Shown: positions 23,386 through 35,113 of the stretch, in pieces
How positions within the stretch are numbered: the stretch's first letter is position 1
Layout: each line of letters starts with the position of its first letter
Program-made: the position numbers and the translations under genes
NCBI RefSeq assembly: GCF_001194135.2
Contig: NC_068982.1
Coordinates: forward strand, 3,670,480-3,713,627
Origin: Octopus bimaculoides
Lineage: Eukaryota
Direction: 5' to 3'
Length of the DNA stretch: 43,148 nt
The notes under the pieces: model-generated
What the model was told of the DNA's origin: nothing
The model's input: the letters and a program-made list of their open reading frames with translations, nothing else
The model's database searches: none

Positions 23386-23752
23386 GCATTTGTTAATTAG
23401 TAAAGTCAATTTAATTGCTAATTATAAATATCAATAACAGGACTGGGGTAAATATCTGAAAGGAGCCTGCTAAATATTAATGTCTTACATTAGTAATATA
23501 GTGAGTTAAAAAAAAACTTCGATTAGCTGAGATTATCAATGCAGTTATAATACATTAACTCCCACTTTGGAGTGGTTAAAATCTAATACATAAGGGAGCT
23601 AACTCTAATAATATCAACCAACCTGAAGTTTGAGGAAAATATAGATGAATCATTGAAGTGCGGGTGTTATCTTTAAAACAAAATTCTCTCCCACCAGCCT
23701 TCTGTTCATATATATCTTTCCCACTAGCCTTCTGTTTATATATATATATATA

Positions 23753-24141
23753 GTTGTTATTATGATAAACTGTCGTATGTCCAAATTTGGCCAAATGCGG
23801 TTTTCTTCAGTATTTAATTTTACTTGCCATAGTCAGTGCTTTTGGTCAAACTATCGTATCTCCAGCTTCTTCAGATGCCAAGATATGAAAATTGTCAAAG
23901 TGTATTACAACAGTCTAGCATTTATCAAAAGTGTAGTAAGTCCCACATACGACAGTTTTGCAAAAATATTTTTAACTGAAAATATCACATATGCATGCAG
24001 TTACGATTTTATGCACCCAACAAAGTATTATTGTTAAGCTGAAACTGTTGCTAATGTAAAAAAATCGAATGATGAAACTATTTTTTCGTTTTCTGAAAAA
24101 AGCAACATTTTGGACTTACGACACTTTTGCATAATAGCAAC
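23753..24141. mobile_element. Unclassified MITE (about 390 bp) flanked by (TA)n
   Basis: Left end GTTGTTATTATGATAAACTGTCGTATGTCCAAA versus reverse-complemented right end GTTGCTATTATGCAAAAGTGTCGTAAGTCCAAA. Internal copies of the motif lie at about 23927-23958. Confidence 0.7.
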
Positions 24142-25641
24142 GAGATATATATATATTGATTATTTTCCAATCTTACCAACCGAGTAGAATATACTTCACT
24201 TACAAGGTTTAATAAGCCCGAAACGTGTTCGTTGCTTTAAAGACAATTTCCACCTTCATTTGCATTGCTCTTTTTAGATTTTAAGTTCCTTTCAAGGGAA
24301 TTCGTCTCTACATATTGCACGGATTACTTCTGTTAGTTTTTTAACTCCTTGTAGCTCAAAGATGAACCCTTACCTTATATAGATTTACCATACTTTTGGC
24401 TCAACTACATTCTTTCTGGGGCCTATTTTACCTCTTCAGTACTTTCAAGAGCGATAAAATATAGTCAAATAGAACCAGATAGAGACGCAATTAGGTCATG
24501 TGCCTACACGAGAGGAAATAGCTGCTGTCACTGTCAACATCGACAGACTCAACTTTCTTTCTTTCTTTACTTTTTGTTTGTTTTTGTTTTGATATATTTT
24601 GGGGTTTTTTTCCAAACATTCCAATTATTTTTACACACCGATATGACGTTCTTGTGTTTGTTACTACTACTACTGGTGGTGGTGGTGGTGGTAATGGCAA
24701 TGGTTATAGAAACAAAGGTGACGAGGATTGTGTTGTTCAATTTAGTGTTCGTTTCTCTTATTTTTCCTTCTGTCGAATCAAGAAGGAATTTTTAGCGCCT
24801 TTTGTCGTCGTTATTAATCCACTCTTTCTTCAGATTTCCTTTAGAGATTTCATTATTTCTTTATTGTGTGTGTTTCTGTCGATTTTCTTTCATTTTAATA
24901 GCGTTTTCCTTGTTTCGCTCTTATAATTGGTATTGTATTTTACTTTGATTTCTCAAAGTTTTATTTTTAAAAATATTAATGCGTCCATCAGAGAATAAAA
25001 TAAAACTTTGCTTCTGACTGTTGGGATTGTCTTCAAATATCTTCATTTCGGCCACTAAAGACATTCAGACCTCTGATCTTTGTTCTTTACTTTTGCATTA
25101 AACTTTTCCCCTTTTTTTATTATTATTATTTTCCAGATATTTATTTCGAGATTATTTTTGATAGGAGAGAATTTTTTTTATAATTCTCGTAATGTTTTTT
25201 TTTTTTACCTCTTCAGAAGCACTTGTTCACAGATTTTGTTGTGTNNNNNNNNNNNNNNNNNNNNNNNNNNNNNNNNNNNNNNNNNNNNNNNNNNNNNNNN
25301 NNNNNNNNNNNNNNTGGGTGTCGGGAGAGGAACAAGTGGATTAAAATTAGACATCTTGGGCAATACAGGTAATTATATTCACACACACACATGTATATAT
25401 CCAAATAGTTATAAACCTCATTAAGGGATAATAAAATCCAATGAAAATACTGGTTAGTTCAACTATAAGGTAACTATATAAACCGTGGTTCATATATTTA
25501 TATATTTAAAGAGAGATTCATCTTATAATTTTTAATTTTATAATTTAATTATCTAAAGATTACTGAATCGAAACAGCTGTCAGTGATGTCATATTTTATA
25601 ATTAATTAATATTTTATTAATTATCTCTCCATTTTCTCATT

Positions 25642-25672
<31 letters not shown>

Positions 25673-26099
25673 AATAATAATAATAAATGCCAAAACGAAT
25701 TTCTGTGTGTCAATGTGTCACACTTTGACTCCCTCTCTCACTATTCAATGACACTTTTTCTACTCCTCTTGCTGGGATGAGAGTAATAGTAGACATAGAG
25801 AAGGTGATGGCGGTAGTAGATTGACAGTTGAGATGTTAATGGGGTGATAGTAATAGTATGAGCTGTAGTTGTGATAGAGGCATGTGGTGGTGGTGGTGGT
25901 GGTAGGTAGCTAGTGCGGTCAAGTATGATGGTGATAGTAATCGATGTGAAAGACAGTGATGATGATGGTGGTGGAGGGGAAGGTGGCGAAGTNNNNNNNN
26001 NNGCGTCAAAAGTCTGAATGGTGTGTGTATGGCAGTTGTGGTGGCGATGGTGATAGTTGAAAAGAATCAACAGAAAGAAAGAGGTTAGACAGAAAAAAA

Positions 26100-26351
26100 A
26101 ATTGTACTGACCCCACGAATGGGAAGACAAAAAATGTTGTTTATCATGAAGCATTGCAATAAGTTCCAAGTTAACAAATTATTTCATTGTTTTGACGAAA
26201 ATTGTTCATTGCTTGAAAAATGTTGGTCAACTTTAATAAAATTTAATATGTACTCAATGCATGAAGTGTTATTGTTGGGCTCAATGCCCAATAAAGAGCC
26301 CTCCATATGAGCTAGCTTAAAAGCCCCTCGATAGGGTGGCTTTTAAGCTAG
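26100..26351 (+). mobile_element. Helitron 3' end
   Basis: TDPTNGKTKNVVYHEALQ* (26106-26162) resembles the RepHel PIF1 helicase C-terminus (T.NVVY.E.L). A hairpin follows, CTAGCTTAAAAGCC / GGCTTTTAAGCTAG (26312-26351), ending CTAG|T. Confidence 0.8.
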
Positions 26352-26387
<36 letters not shown>

Positions 26388-27139
26388 ATATATGCTTTCG
26401 GTGCGAATGGTTTTATTATACACTGCCGTATTTTACAATCCTGTAAATAATAATAGTGGTATTTTTATATAAGGTTAAAGCTAATAGTGATTACCGGGCA
26501 ATGACTAAGGAAAATAGTCTAATAATGGGGTGTATAAGCCCTCGACAGGAAAAAGGCTTTCCTATCCGCGGTATTAAATTTATAAAAATGAAAAGAAAAT
26601 GGAGATATACAATTGTCAATTCAAAAATTAAAATTTATTAACATAATATTATATTATATTCTTAAAATAATGTAATAAATATGAAATACATATATAATTC
26701 TTGTTTATAGTAAAAGGTGTTAATATACCAATATCAGCTCAACAGTGCCCTCTGTTGGACCCCTTGAGTGAGAATGTTAAACTGCAGCGAAATTCCCTTT
26801 AGAAGTCTTTTTCGTCTTTTTTTTTTTTTTTATCAGTTTCGGTCTTTTCGGAAGGACATTATCCAATGTGTCCTCTTCAGAAGGATTGTAGTATTGAGGA
26901 AGATTTAGTTGCTATTTCTAGCAGGTCAAGCGACACAACAAAACAAATTTTCCTTCTTGGCTTGTTAATGGGTATGCTGATTGTAGTAGTGGGAGGAGGA
27001 GGAAAGGATGTTGGTGATTAGGATGTTGGTGATTAGGATGTTAAATGATAAGGAAGAAGGAAAGATAGTGAATGACATGTGATGGTGATAACGAAGGTGA
27101 GACTGGGAAAGGTGTGTGCGGTGGGCAGGGACGGTGGGG

Positions 27140-27471
27140 AATATGATGATAACGATGACGATGATGATGATGATGTTCATCATCATCATCATCGTCATTG
27201 TCATAATCATCAACATTATCAACATCATAATCAACGTCGTCATCGTTATCATCAGCAGCATCACCATCATCACCACCACCATCATCACCACTATCATCAC
27301 CATCATTATCATCAGCATCATCATCACCATCATCAACATTATCAACATCATAATCAACGTCGTCATCGTTATCATCAGCAGCATCACCATCATCACCACC
27401 ACCATCATCACCACCATCATCACCATCATTATCATCAGCATCATCACCACCATCAGCATCATCACCATCAT
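27140..27471. repeat. (CAT/CAC)n trinucleotide tract with a 123-bp higher-order duplication
   Basis: CAACATTATCAACATCATAATCAACGTCGTC starts at both 27211 and 27334. Confidence 0.9.
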
Positions 27472-28230
27472 NNNNNNNNNNNNNNNNNNNNNNNNNNNNN
27501 NNNNNNNNNNNNNNNNNNNNNNNNNNNNNNNNNNNNNNNNNNNNNNNNNNNNNNNNNNNNNNNNNNNNNNNNNNNNNNNNNNNNNNNNNNNNNNNNNNNN
27601 NNNNNNNNNNNNNNNNNNNNNNNNNNNNNNNNNNNNNNNNNNNNNNNNNNNNNNNNNNNNNNNNNNNNNNNNNNNNNNNNNNNNNNNNNNNNNNNNNNNN
27701 NNNNNNNNNNNNNNNNNNNNNNNNNNNNNNNNNNNNNNNNNNNNNNNNNNNNNNNNNNNNNNNNNNNNNNNNNNNNNNNNNNNNNNNNNNNNNNNNNNNN
27801 NNNNNNNNNNNNNNNNNNNNNNNNNNNNNNNNNNNNNNNNNNNNNNNNNNNNNNNNNNNNNNAGCCACGTCCAACACCGCTACCCCCCACTCCCCACGCC
27901 ACCTACAAACCCCTACTCATTAACACCAATCAGCCGTCCTACTCCATCCATCATATCAAGCACTTCTTTCTTCATCATCATCATCATCACAACCACCACC
28001 ATCATCATCATCACCACCACCGCCGCTACCACCATTACCATCTATTATCACCGCCACCATTCATGAAGATGTCTTTAACAATTCACCACCACCCCCACTA
28101 CCATCCCTTCTTTGGCTTATTGTTGTTGTTTTTGCCGTCATTGTTGTCAGCAAACATTTCGTTCTAGTTTCTTCTTTGTCATCTTCAATATCGTCACATG
28201 GCATCATTTATATCATTCGGTTCAAAGTCC

Positions 28231-28395
28231 GGCACAAGGCCAGCAATTTCGGAGGAGGGGCTATATCGATTACATCAACCCCCAGTGATCAACTGGTATT
28301 TAATTTATCGACCCCGAAAGTCTGACAGACAAAGTCAGCTTCGGCGGAATTCGAACTCAGAACGTTAAGACAGACAAGGTGCCAACGCGCCGTCC
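28231..28395 (-). mobile_element. SINE family A (partial)
   Basis: Reverse-complement match to family A. Confidence 0.8.
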
Positions 28396-28533
28396 AATCA
28401 TTTATATTATTGCTATTTTCCTCTCGTCCTCACCATAATAACTTAAGATTATCCGCATTAAGATGACCCAATTGTTCTCTTCAATTCGGTCATTTACTAA
28501 TACTTTACATAACCATTATTACTCCTTACATGA

Positions 28534-28742
28534 AAGCGGTGAGCTAACAGAACCATTAGCACGCCGGACAAAATGCTTAGCGGTATTTCGTCCGTCCTTA
28601 CATTCTGAGTTCAAATTCCGTCCAGGACTTTGCCTTTCATCCTTTCGGGGTCGGTGAATTAAGTACCAGTTGCGTACTGGGTCCGATGTAATTTACTTAA
28701 TCCCTGCCACAATATGGCTACCCTTGTGGCAAAATTTGAAAC
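28534..28742 (+). mobile_element. SINE family A, variant with a CCCTTGTGGCAAAATTTGAAA tail
   Basis: Family A head and body with a different 3' end, shared with 35867-35990. Confidence 0.85.
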
Positions 28743-28778
28743 TATTACTATTGTTGTTGTTGTTGTTGTTATTATTAT

Positions 28779-29341
28779 TGAGTGAGAGAGCAGTGCATGC
28801 CATCAAAGTTGACACTGGGGTTCAAATATACGAAGCCCAATATACCCATCATGACTATCCGTCTGATAAGGGTACACGAGGCACATGCATCACAACCATA
28901 TGTGCGTGACATGGTGATCTCATATCAAAATAAACAGTGCATGACCTCGCAGGTGGGGGCCAGTTAGAATTTTCTTTAGGTCGAGTAGCCCATCCCGCTC
29001 AAAAGGTCCCTGAATAAGGGTTGTTTAAGGATGATGAGCAAAACACCCATGTTTCCAGAGGTGAATTATCCAAACCCCAAAGAATTCCCCTCAACACATG
29101 GCTATGATGCTCCCCCACTACTTCTGCTCATGATCAGAGATGTACATATCGTCAGCCACTAAGGGACATGCTCAACTGGTTAAGGTCAAACAACTGACAA
29201 GCAAATCTGTGGTATTGAGCAGAATATTTGCTGTAGTCCATCTTTTATACCAAGACAAAACAATGTACATGATAACACTTCCAATCCGTTAAGATCAGAA
29301 GCTATGAGAGCCACTGCCTGGTACTGCATCAGGACATTGGC
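28779..29341 (-). mobile_element. Unclassified roughly 560-bp insertion inside a (TAT)n tract
   Basis: Complex non-coding sequence bounded by (TAT/TGT)n on both sides. It resembles a common octopus interspersed repeat (recalled, not searched). Confidence 0.55.
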
Positions 29342-29493
29342 TATTATTATTATTATTATTATCTATCATCACCGACTGTCGCCGTTCTCAACATCTTTCT
29401 GTCAGCCTCCTCGTCTCTTCTCCCCTACTTCTTCCACGTATTCTTCTCATTTACATTAATTCTACTAAAATTGCTTCTTTTTTTTTCCTTTTT

Positions 29494-29690
29494 GCACACG
29501 GGACAAAATATTTAGCGGCATTTCGTTCGTCCTTACATTCCGAGTTCAAATTCCGCTGAGGTCGACTTTGTCTTTCATCATTTTGGGGTCGACAGAATAA
29601 GTACCAGTCAAACACTGGAGTCGATATAATTGACCATCCCCTCCCCCCAAAATTTCAGGCCTTGTGCCTATAGTAGAAAGGATCATTGCT
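29494..29690 (+). mobile_element. SINE family A, 5'-truncated
   Basis: Family A body and tail. Confidence 0.85.
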
Positions 29691-29804
29691 ATTGTACTCA
29701 TAAACCTTATGGTAGATTATATGCGTAATGAGTTAAACGTAGAATGATCTCTCAATGGACCGTTCCACGTGGTCTGTTGGAAGATTAGATCCCACAGGAA
29801 GGTG

Positions 29805-29991
29805 GACTAACATCTCGCGGATCTCTGGTGTAAGATGGATCAAAACCATCTGAGTGCCTAGTGTGAAGTTGACCAAAATAACCTGAAACTAAGGGACAAC
29901 GATGACCAAAACCATCTGAATCTGATATAAAACTGACTAAATCCAGCTGGGTTTCCGGTACCAAAACCATTTGGCATCTTTGGTACGGGCC
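29805..29991. repeat. Decayed 33-bp periodic array with core GACCAAAACCATCTGA
   Basis: Units start at 29805, 29838, 29871, 29904, 29935 and 29959. Confidence 0.7.
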
Positions 29992-31055
29992 TTGAGTTTC
30001 ACGTGACTTGAGTCTAACTTGTCAGGCCGAAGACTGTAGAGGTCTCCTTCTTTGGTCTGCGAATTTGTACTTTGCGTTAGAAGACAAAAAGAAATTCACA
30101 ATTCCACAGTGAGGTTGTTTTCACGTCGGTTCCCAGAGCCAACGAAATTTTAGGTTTAAAACGGGAATGCACAGAACCGGTAAGAATGGAAGAAGAAACC
30201 TCTACGTTTCCTACAGATTTTTCTTCTTTTTCTTCTTCTTTTACTTCTACTCCTACTACTTCCACCACCACCACTATTACTTTGTTGTTGTCGTCTTTTT
30301 CTTCCTCTTTTTCGTCGTCTTCGTCGTTGTTTTCATCAGGATCTCATTATCTACAACTACCACCACCACCACTACTACTGAGGCAGCGATTGCTACTGTC
30401 GTGAATAACAATAATAACAAGAACAATAATAATAATGATAATAATAATAATTTTTATATAACGATAATGAAACTGTATCTACTGTCCGTGACAACCCTGC
30501 AGCTATGTTCATCTTATCTAATTCTATTGCTGTTAATGACAATCATAGAGAACTAACTAGTCGCTATGCTATACTCGATGTCCTTTGGCTAAGAAGAGAA
30601 AGCAACTCTATAGAATTGTCATTCATCAACACTCGATGACTAATATTAGTAGAATAATGGACTTAATGTCGTCGTGTTGCTGAAAGGACGGCAACAGCAG
30701 CAAAAACATCAACATCGCTACAGCATTACTAATAAGAACCAAAACTACAACAATACATGTATCTCTGCCTGCGTTTCTGCTGGTGTATGTCGACAACAGC
30801 CTGACCAACAAAACAGCGAAGCAGTGACAGGCATCCATGCATGCCAACTGAACGAAAATAATTATAAGTAACACGACACAATGAAGAAGCCCCTACGCTA
30901 GCGCCGCCCCTTTTATAACCAAAGATTCCTTTTACTTTAAATGAATTTTGCCACAGACCCGACTTTTAATAGGTTTGTCTCTTCAATGAACCGATTTTGT
31001 TAACGAACAACAAATTAGTTTTTTTTCCCCCAGCTCAATTGTGCAATTATATAAA

Positions 31056-31475
31056 GGTGCAGGAGTGGCTGCATGGTAAGTAGCTTGCTTACCAACCACA
31101 TGGTTCTGGGTTCAGTCCCACCGCATGGCACAAGGGACAAGTGTCTTCTACTATAGCCCCAGGCCGACCAGAGCCTTCTGAGTGGATTTGGTTGGCGGAA
31201 ACTAAAAGAAGCCCACCGTAAGTGTATGTGTGTGTGTGTGTGTATGAGTGTCTGTCTGTCTGTCCTTTGTGTCTATGTTTGTCTCCAACCCACTTGACAA
31301 CCGGTGTTGATCTATTTACGTCCCCGTAACATAGTAGTTCAGCAAAATAGACTGACAGAATAGGTAGCAGGCTTTAAAAAAAAGTACAGTGGTCGATTCA
31401 TTCAACTAAAAGTTCTTCAAGGCAGAGCCCCAGCATGGCCGCAGTCATGGGACTTAAACAAGTAAAAGATAATAG
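31056..31475 (+). mobile_element. SINE family B, full length
   Basis: GGTGCAGGAGTGGCTGCATGGTAAG (A box), GGGTTCAGTCCC (B box), central (TG)n, tail AAACAAGTAAAAGA. Confidence 0.9.
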
Positions 31476-31829
31476 ATAGCAATTATGCAGTTTACACTGG
31501 AGCCTTTGAAAAGCATGAATAGGGTTCATGGCCTCCCAGCATCGCCAGAAATCTGTGGACCCCAGACTGGGAACTGCTGCTCTACACAGTAGCTCAATCT
31601 GCGAGAAATACCATCTAAATCTACTTCAAATTACACCTAATCGTCTTAACATGTGGTAACACATTGGACAGTGCAATCCAAGGTAGGCGATCTGAATAAA
31701 AAAATGCTATGTCCATGATTGAAATATCTTTCAACAAAGGTCGCTCAGAGCTAGCCTAGGTCTGACCAACATTAGTAACGACCACAACACACACATCCTG
31801 TCGTCTGACAATGTCGTCTGCTCTATGCA

Positions 31830-33730
31830 GAGTCTGGGAGAGGTAAAGACTAAGCTCCTGCGAACGAAGTAAACAACCGAGTGATTCATTCAGAAAAGGG
31901 CAGTTACCTAAGAGTCTAGTATTGAAATAGGGTTGGGGAGTTTTAGAGTTTTTGACGAGCAAATCAGAAGCCTAGAAGAGAAGGTTTGGTAATGCATTGC
32001 GACTGACGTGCTGGAGACGAGATTGGCCCTTCGCCAATTTTTCAATGCGAAGCACGAAAGATGCTTTGTCAGTGTTAGAGTACCTGATCTAAAGCATGAA
32101 GGAACAAAAGCCTTTCGATGGACCTGAGTGACAGAGTTGCATCTTAACAACAAATCCACAATCCAGTCTTTGACTGATTAGAAGGTATGCAAGCAGACGT
32201 ACATGACGTTTTAGTTGTTGACCATCAATACTTGATGACTTGTTTCGGACTTGTCTTCATAGGTTAGATCACTGCAATGTACAACAACACCTGCTCTGTA
32301 GTCAGAAAAAACGGCCATCTACTGGAACCTCTGCCAAACATTATTTCGGTCCGTCAAGGCTGCTCTGTCGCACCCTCCTTGTACGTACTGGCACTCGAGC
32401 CATTACTATGAAAGTTAGAGGTTTTCGAGAAACATCCCGCATGAATTAGAATCTAGGACAGCTGTGACAGCGTTACCGTAATACTGTCGAGTAAAAAGAA
32501 ACCCATTGTGTTGATCGAAGGGAATACGAGATGATGACATGAGCAAAAATGAACAAGGAACAATCGGTGGACCTGAAGCACGGTATCTCGAGAAGACACA
32601 TGCCACTGTCAAGCAACTTGGATCTAACCCGCAAGGTGCAAGACGGACAGACCGTTTAAATTAGTCAGAGTCTGATTTATTCCAGGCTTCTAGATGGACA
32701 AGAATTGAGATGGGAGAACGAGCATGTTGATCGATCACAACCAGAAATTGGCTACAACATCTCCAGCACTTCCTGGACAGTGAGCAGATGTGGTAGCCGT
32801 TTTGTCAGATGCACTTCTTCACAGTTTGTGTTTTTGACAGAACTTAGGTACTCGTTCAAGCGTAGACAGAGGCAGAGCGCCTGGAACCTAGAGTGTCATC
32901 AGGTGCTCACAGCCCTCTTCCCGTCAGACAATGCAGTCGGCGGAAGCTCCACCATGGCATTCTGCAGAGGTTAATGGCAAACAAGATCGACGACTGCCTC
33001 GGGAAGACTCTGGATGTCAACGAGAATCAACTGGCTGGTCTGTTCCTTACATAATTTCCAAAAAACCCCTAGCCTGGTAGTGCTACCACGTGTGGTGGGA
33101 ATTGCCGGTTTGAAATATGCTCAACAGGCTTAGCAGTCCTGACGGCCTGGCCTGCCTGAGATGCGCCCAAAAGGACGAATCCGTTTTGTACGCGTTCATA
33201 CAGTACTCGAGCATTACTGAACGGTGGAGTTATGTTGAAGAGCTGCTATCACGTGTAAGACGGATCCAGCTATCAGTTGACGCCATAGTTAAAATCACTT
33301 TGCTACCTTCCTCCTTCTGGGAAGGGCAGGCACTTTTCCTCTGCCTGGTAGTCGTGGCAGCAGGGGTTGTGTGGTGGACGGGACTGAAAAAACTTTCTTT
33401 TGGCCTCCTCGACATTTTAAAGTTTCATATCAAAAGGAAAATGAGGGGCTACTCCAACTAAATTTCTTAAAAGGTGGGTGAATATGCATAAAATGACTCG
33501 AGTAAGTAGACCTGCTCTAAGATGGCGCCTATAGGATGGGGAGAACGGATGGGAGAGGGATGCCTTGCAATGGTGCTCTTAGCGACTGATGCGACCCAAA
33601 ATCTGCGATATTTCTTGGTTATCGCTGAGTCATGCTCACTTCCGTTGGAGGTATTTCTTTGATATAATTTTCTTGTTAATTTTGTTGTTTTTATTGTTTC
33701 CCCGTGTCTACGTAAATCCTTTGACTTTCT
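31830..33730 (+). mobile_element. Tx1-type (L1 clade) non-LTR retrotransposon, degraded ORF2 plus 3' UTR
   Basis: ATDVLETRLALRQFFNAKHERC (linker), VDHQYL and SVRQGCSVAPSLYVLALEPLL (RT motifs, about 32220-32410). The C-terminal region reads CLRCAQKDESVLYAF...W (33117-33461). Many stops and deletions. Confidence 0.85.
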
Positions 33731-33782
33731 ATCATCTAAAATACTTTTTCAACATTTGTGACTAAAAAAGAATGTATTTTTA

Positions 33783-35056
33783 TTATTGTTTCACTTCTCA
33801 GAACGTTTGTTCTGATAGATTCTGAGAGAGCGGACAGCAACCTATCGCCAGAGGTCTCAAAGGGTCTCTTTCCGCACATTATAAGCTTTGATACTTGGTT
33901 GTTATTTATCGTGGGAGACATTCAACATTCAAGTACCAAATCTCAAAATCTTAGCTGTCCCCAACAGAGCAGTTTTTTGTCAATTCCGATTTCTTTTAAA
34001 TATTTCTCGAACTTGGTTCTTAGTGCTCTGAGTGCCCCCACAACTCCTAGAATGACAGATTTTCTCCTCATAGTCCACATTCTTGCAATTTCCTCTTTTA
34101 GTAATCTGTACTTTGCGATCTTTTCTACTTCTTTGTCACTTATACGTGTATCTCCAAGTATTGCAATATCTATGACCTTGGTTTCCTTTTCTTCCTAAAT
34201 CTAACACAACAATATCTCATCTCAGAGCCTCGATTAGGGAGTCACATTGGATTGTAAAATCCCACAGTATCTAATATTCCTTGTTCTCAGTGACTCCTTC
34301 GAGTTCATGTTCGTACCATTTCCGTGCTCTGTTCTAGCCATACTTTTCCCATAGCCTCCAGTGGACGAACTTAGCCGTGTTATCGTGTCTCCTTTTGTAG
34401 TGCCATTGGGCCAGCTTGCTAAACTCACTCACAATATGTGAAATTGTTTCATTTCTGCTGCTATACATCCTACAAAGGAGTGATTCGCTTAGGAACTTGG
34501 TGTAATTAGTTCTCAGAGTTTGTTCCTCAGCGCTGCATATCAATGCCTTAGTGCATCCTTTCAGATCACTTTTTCTTAGCCATCTCCAAGTACTGATCTT
34601 GTCTTTTCCTTTGATTTCTCTGAGAAATTGCCCATGTAGTGGTTTCATTTTTCAGTTGCTTACTCTTTCTTCTTCATCTTGTTTCTTAAATGTTTGTGGG
34701 TACATCGCATTTTCGGTAGGTATTATATTGTTAATTCTAACAGCGGCAAGCAAGGATTCACTCTGCTGTTTGATGCACCATTTCAGATTGTTCTTCTCGT
34801 TGACAACACAGATCTTGCATCCTATGAGGCCTCTTGCGTCCCTGTTTCTTGGCAAAAACAGTCTGTCAGTATCACTTTTGGTGTGTAGTTCCTTGTTAAT
34901 TGTTTCCACTTTTCTAGTTTTCCTGTCCATTTCCTCAAGTTCGTTCTTTGTCCACCTAAGAACACCTGCGCCATATCGCATTAAGAAAACAGCCAATGTG
35001 TTCATTGCCCTGATTTTGTTTTTTTACATTGAGTCTACTTCCCATAATTAACTTGG

Positions 35057-35058
<2 letters not shown>
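33783..35058 (-). mobile_element. R4/Dong-clade LINE, 5'-truncated (RT thumb, zinc knuckle, REL endonuclease)
   Basis: Minus strand has NTLAVFLMRYGAGVLRWTKNELEEMDRKTRK...DRLFLPR, then LHGQFLR...W.WL...DLK, CRMY...ETISHIVSE...RRHD, IDIAILGD, VVGAL and TALLGTAKIL. Confidence 0.9.

Positions 35059-35110
<52 letters not shown>
35059..35110. repeat. (TAT)n / (TAA)n tract between two Dong-like elements
   Basis: Directly visible. Confidence 0.95.

Positions 35111-35113
<3 letters not shown>

Noticed and set aside
26745-26758. CTCF-like motif CCAACAGAGGGCAC (minus), with a similar one inside the mariner at about 19502-19515
   Set aside because: A single imperfect match in 43 kb is not informative without binding data.
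27079-28167. 362-aa histidine-rich ORF, tempting as a cephalopod His-rich structural protein
   Set aside because: It is a (CAT/CAC)n tract plus a gap, open in several frames on both strands, with no signal peptide or splice support.
29805-29991. CRISPR-like reading of the repeat-spacer pattern, also considered for 38772-38866
   Set aside because: The context is eukaryotic with no cas genes, the repeats are short and divergent, and the spacers resemble each other or are absent.
31056-31130. tRNA genes at the SINE heads
   Set aside because: Only A/B-box-like motifs are present, with no full cloverleaf, and they continue into repeat bodies.
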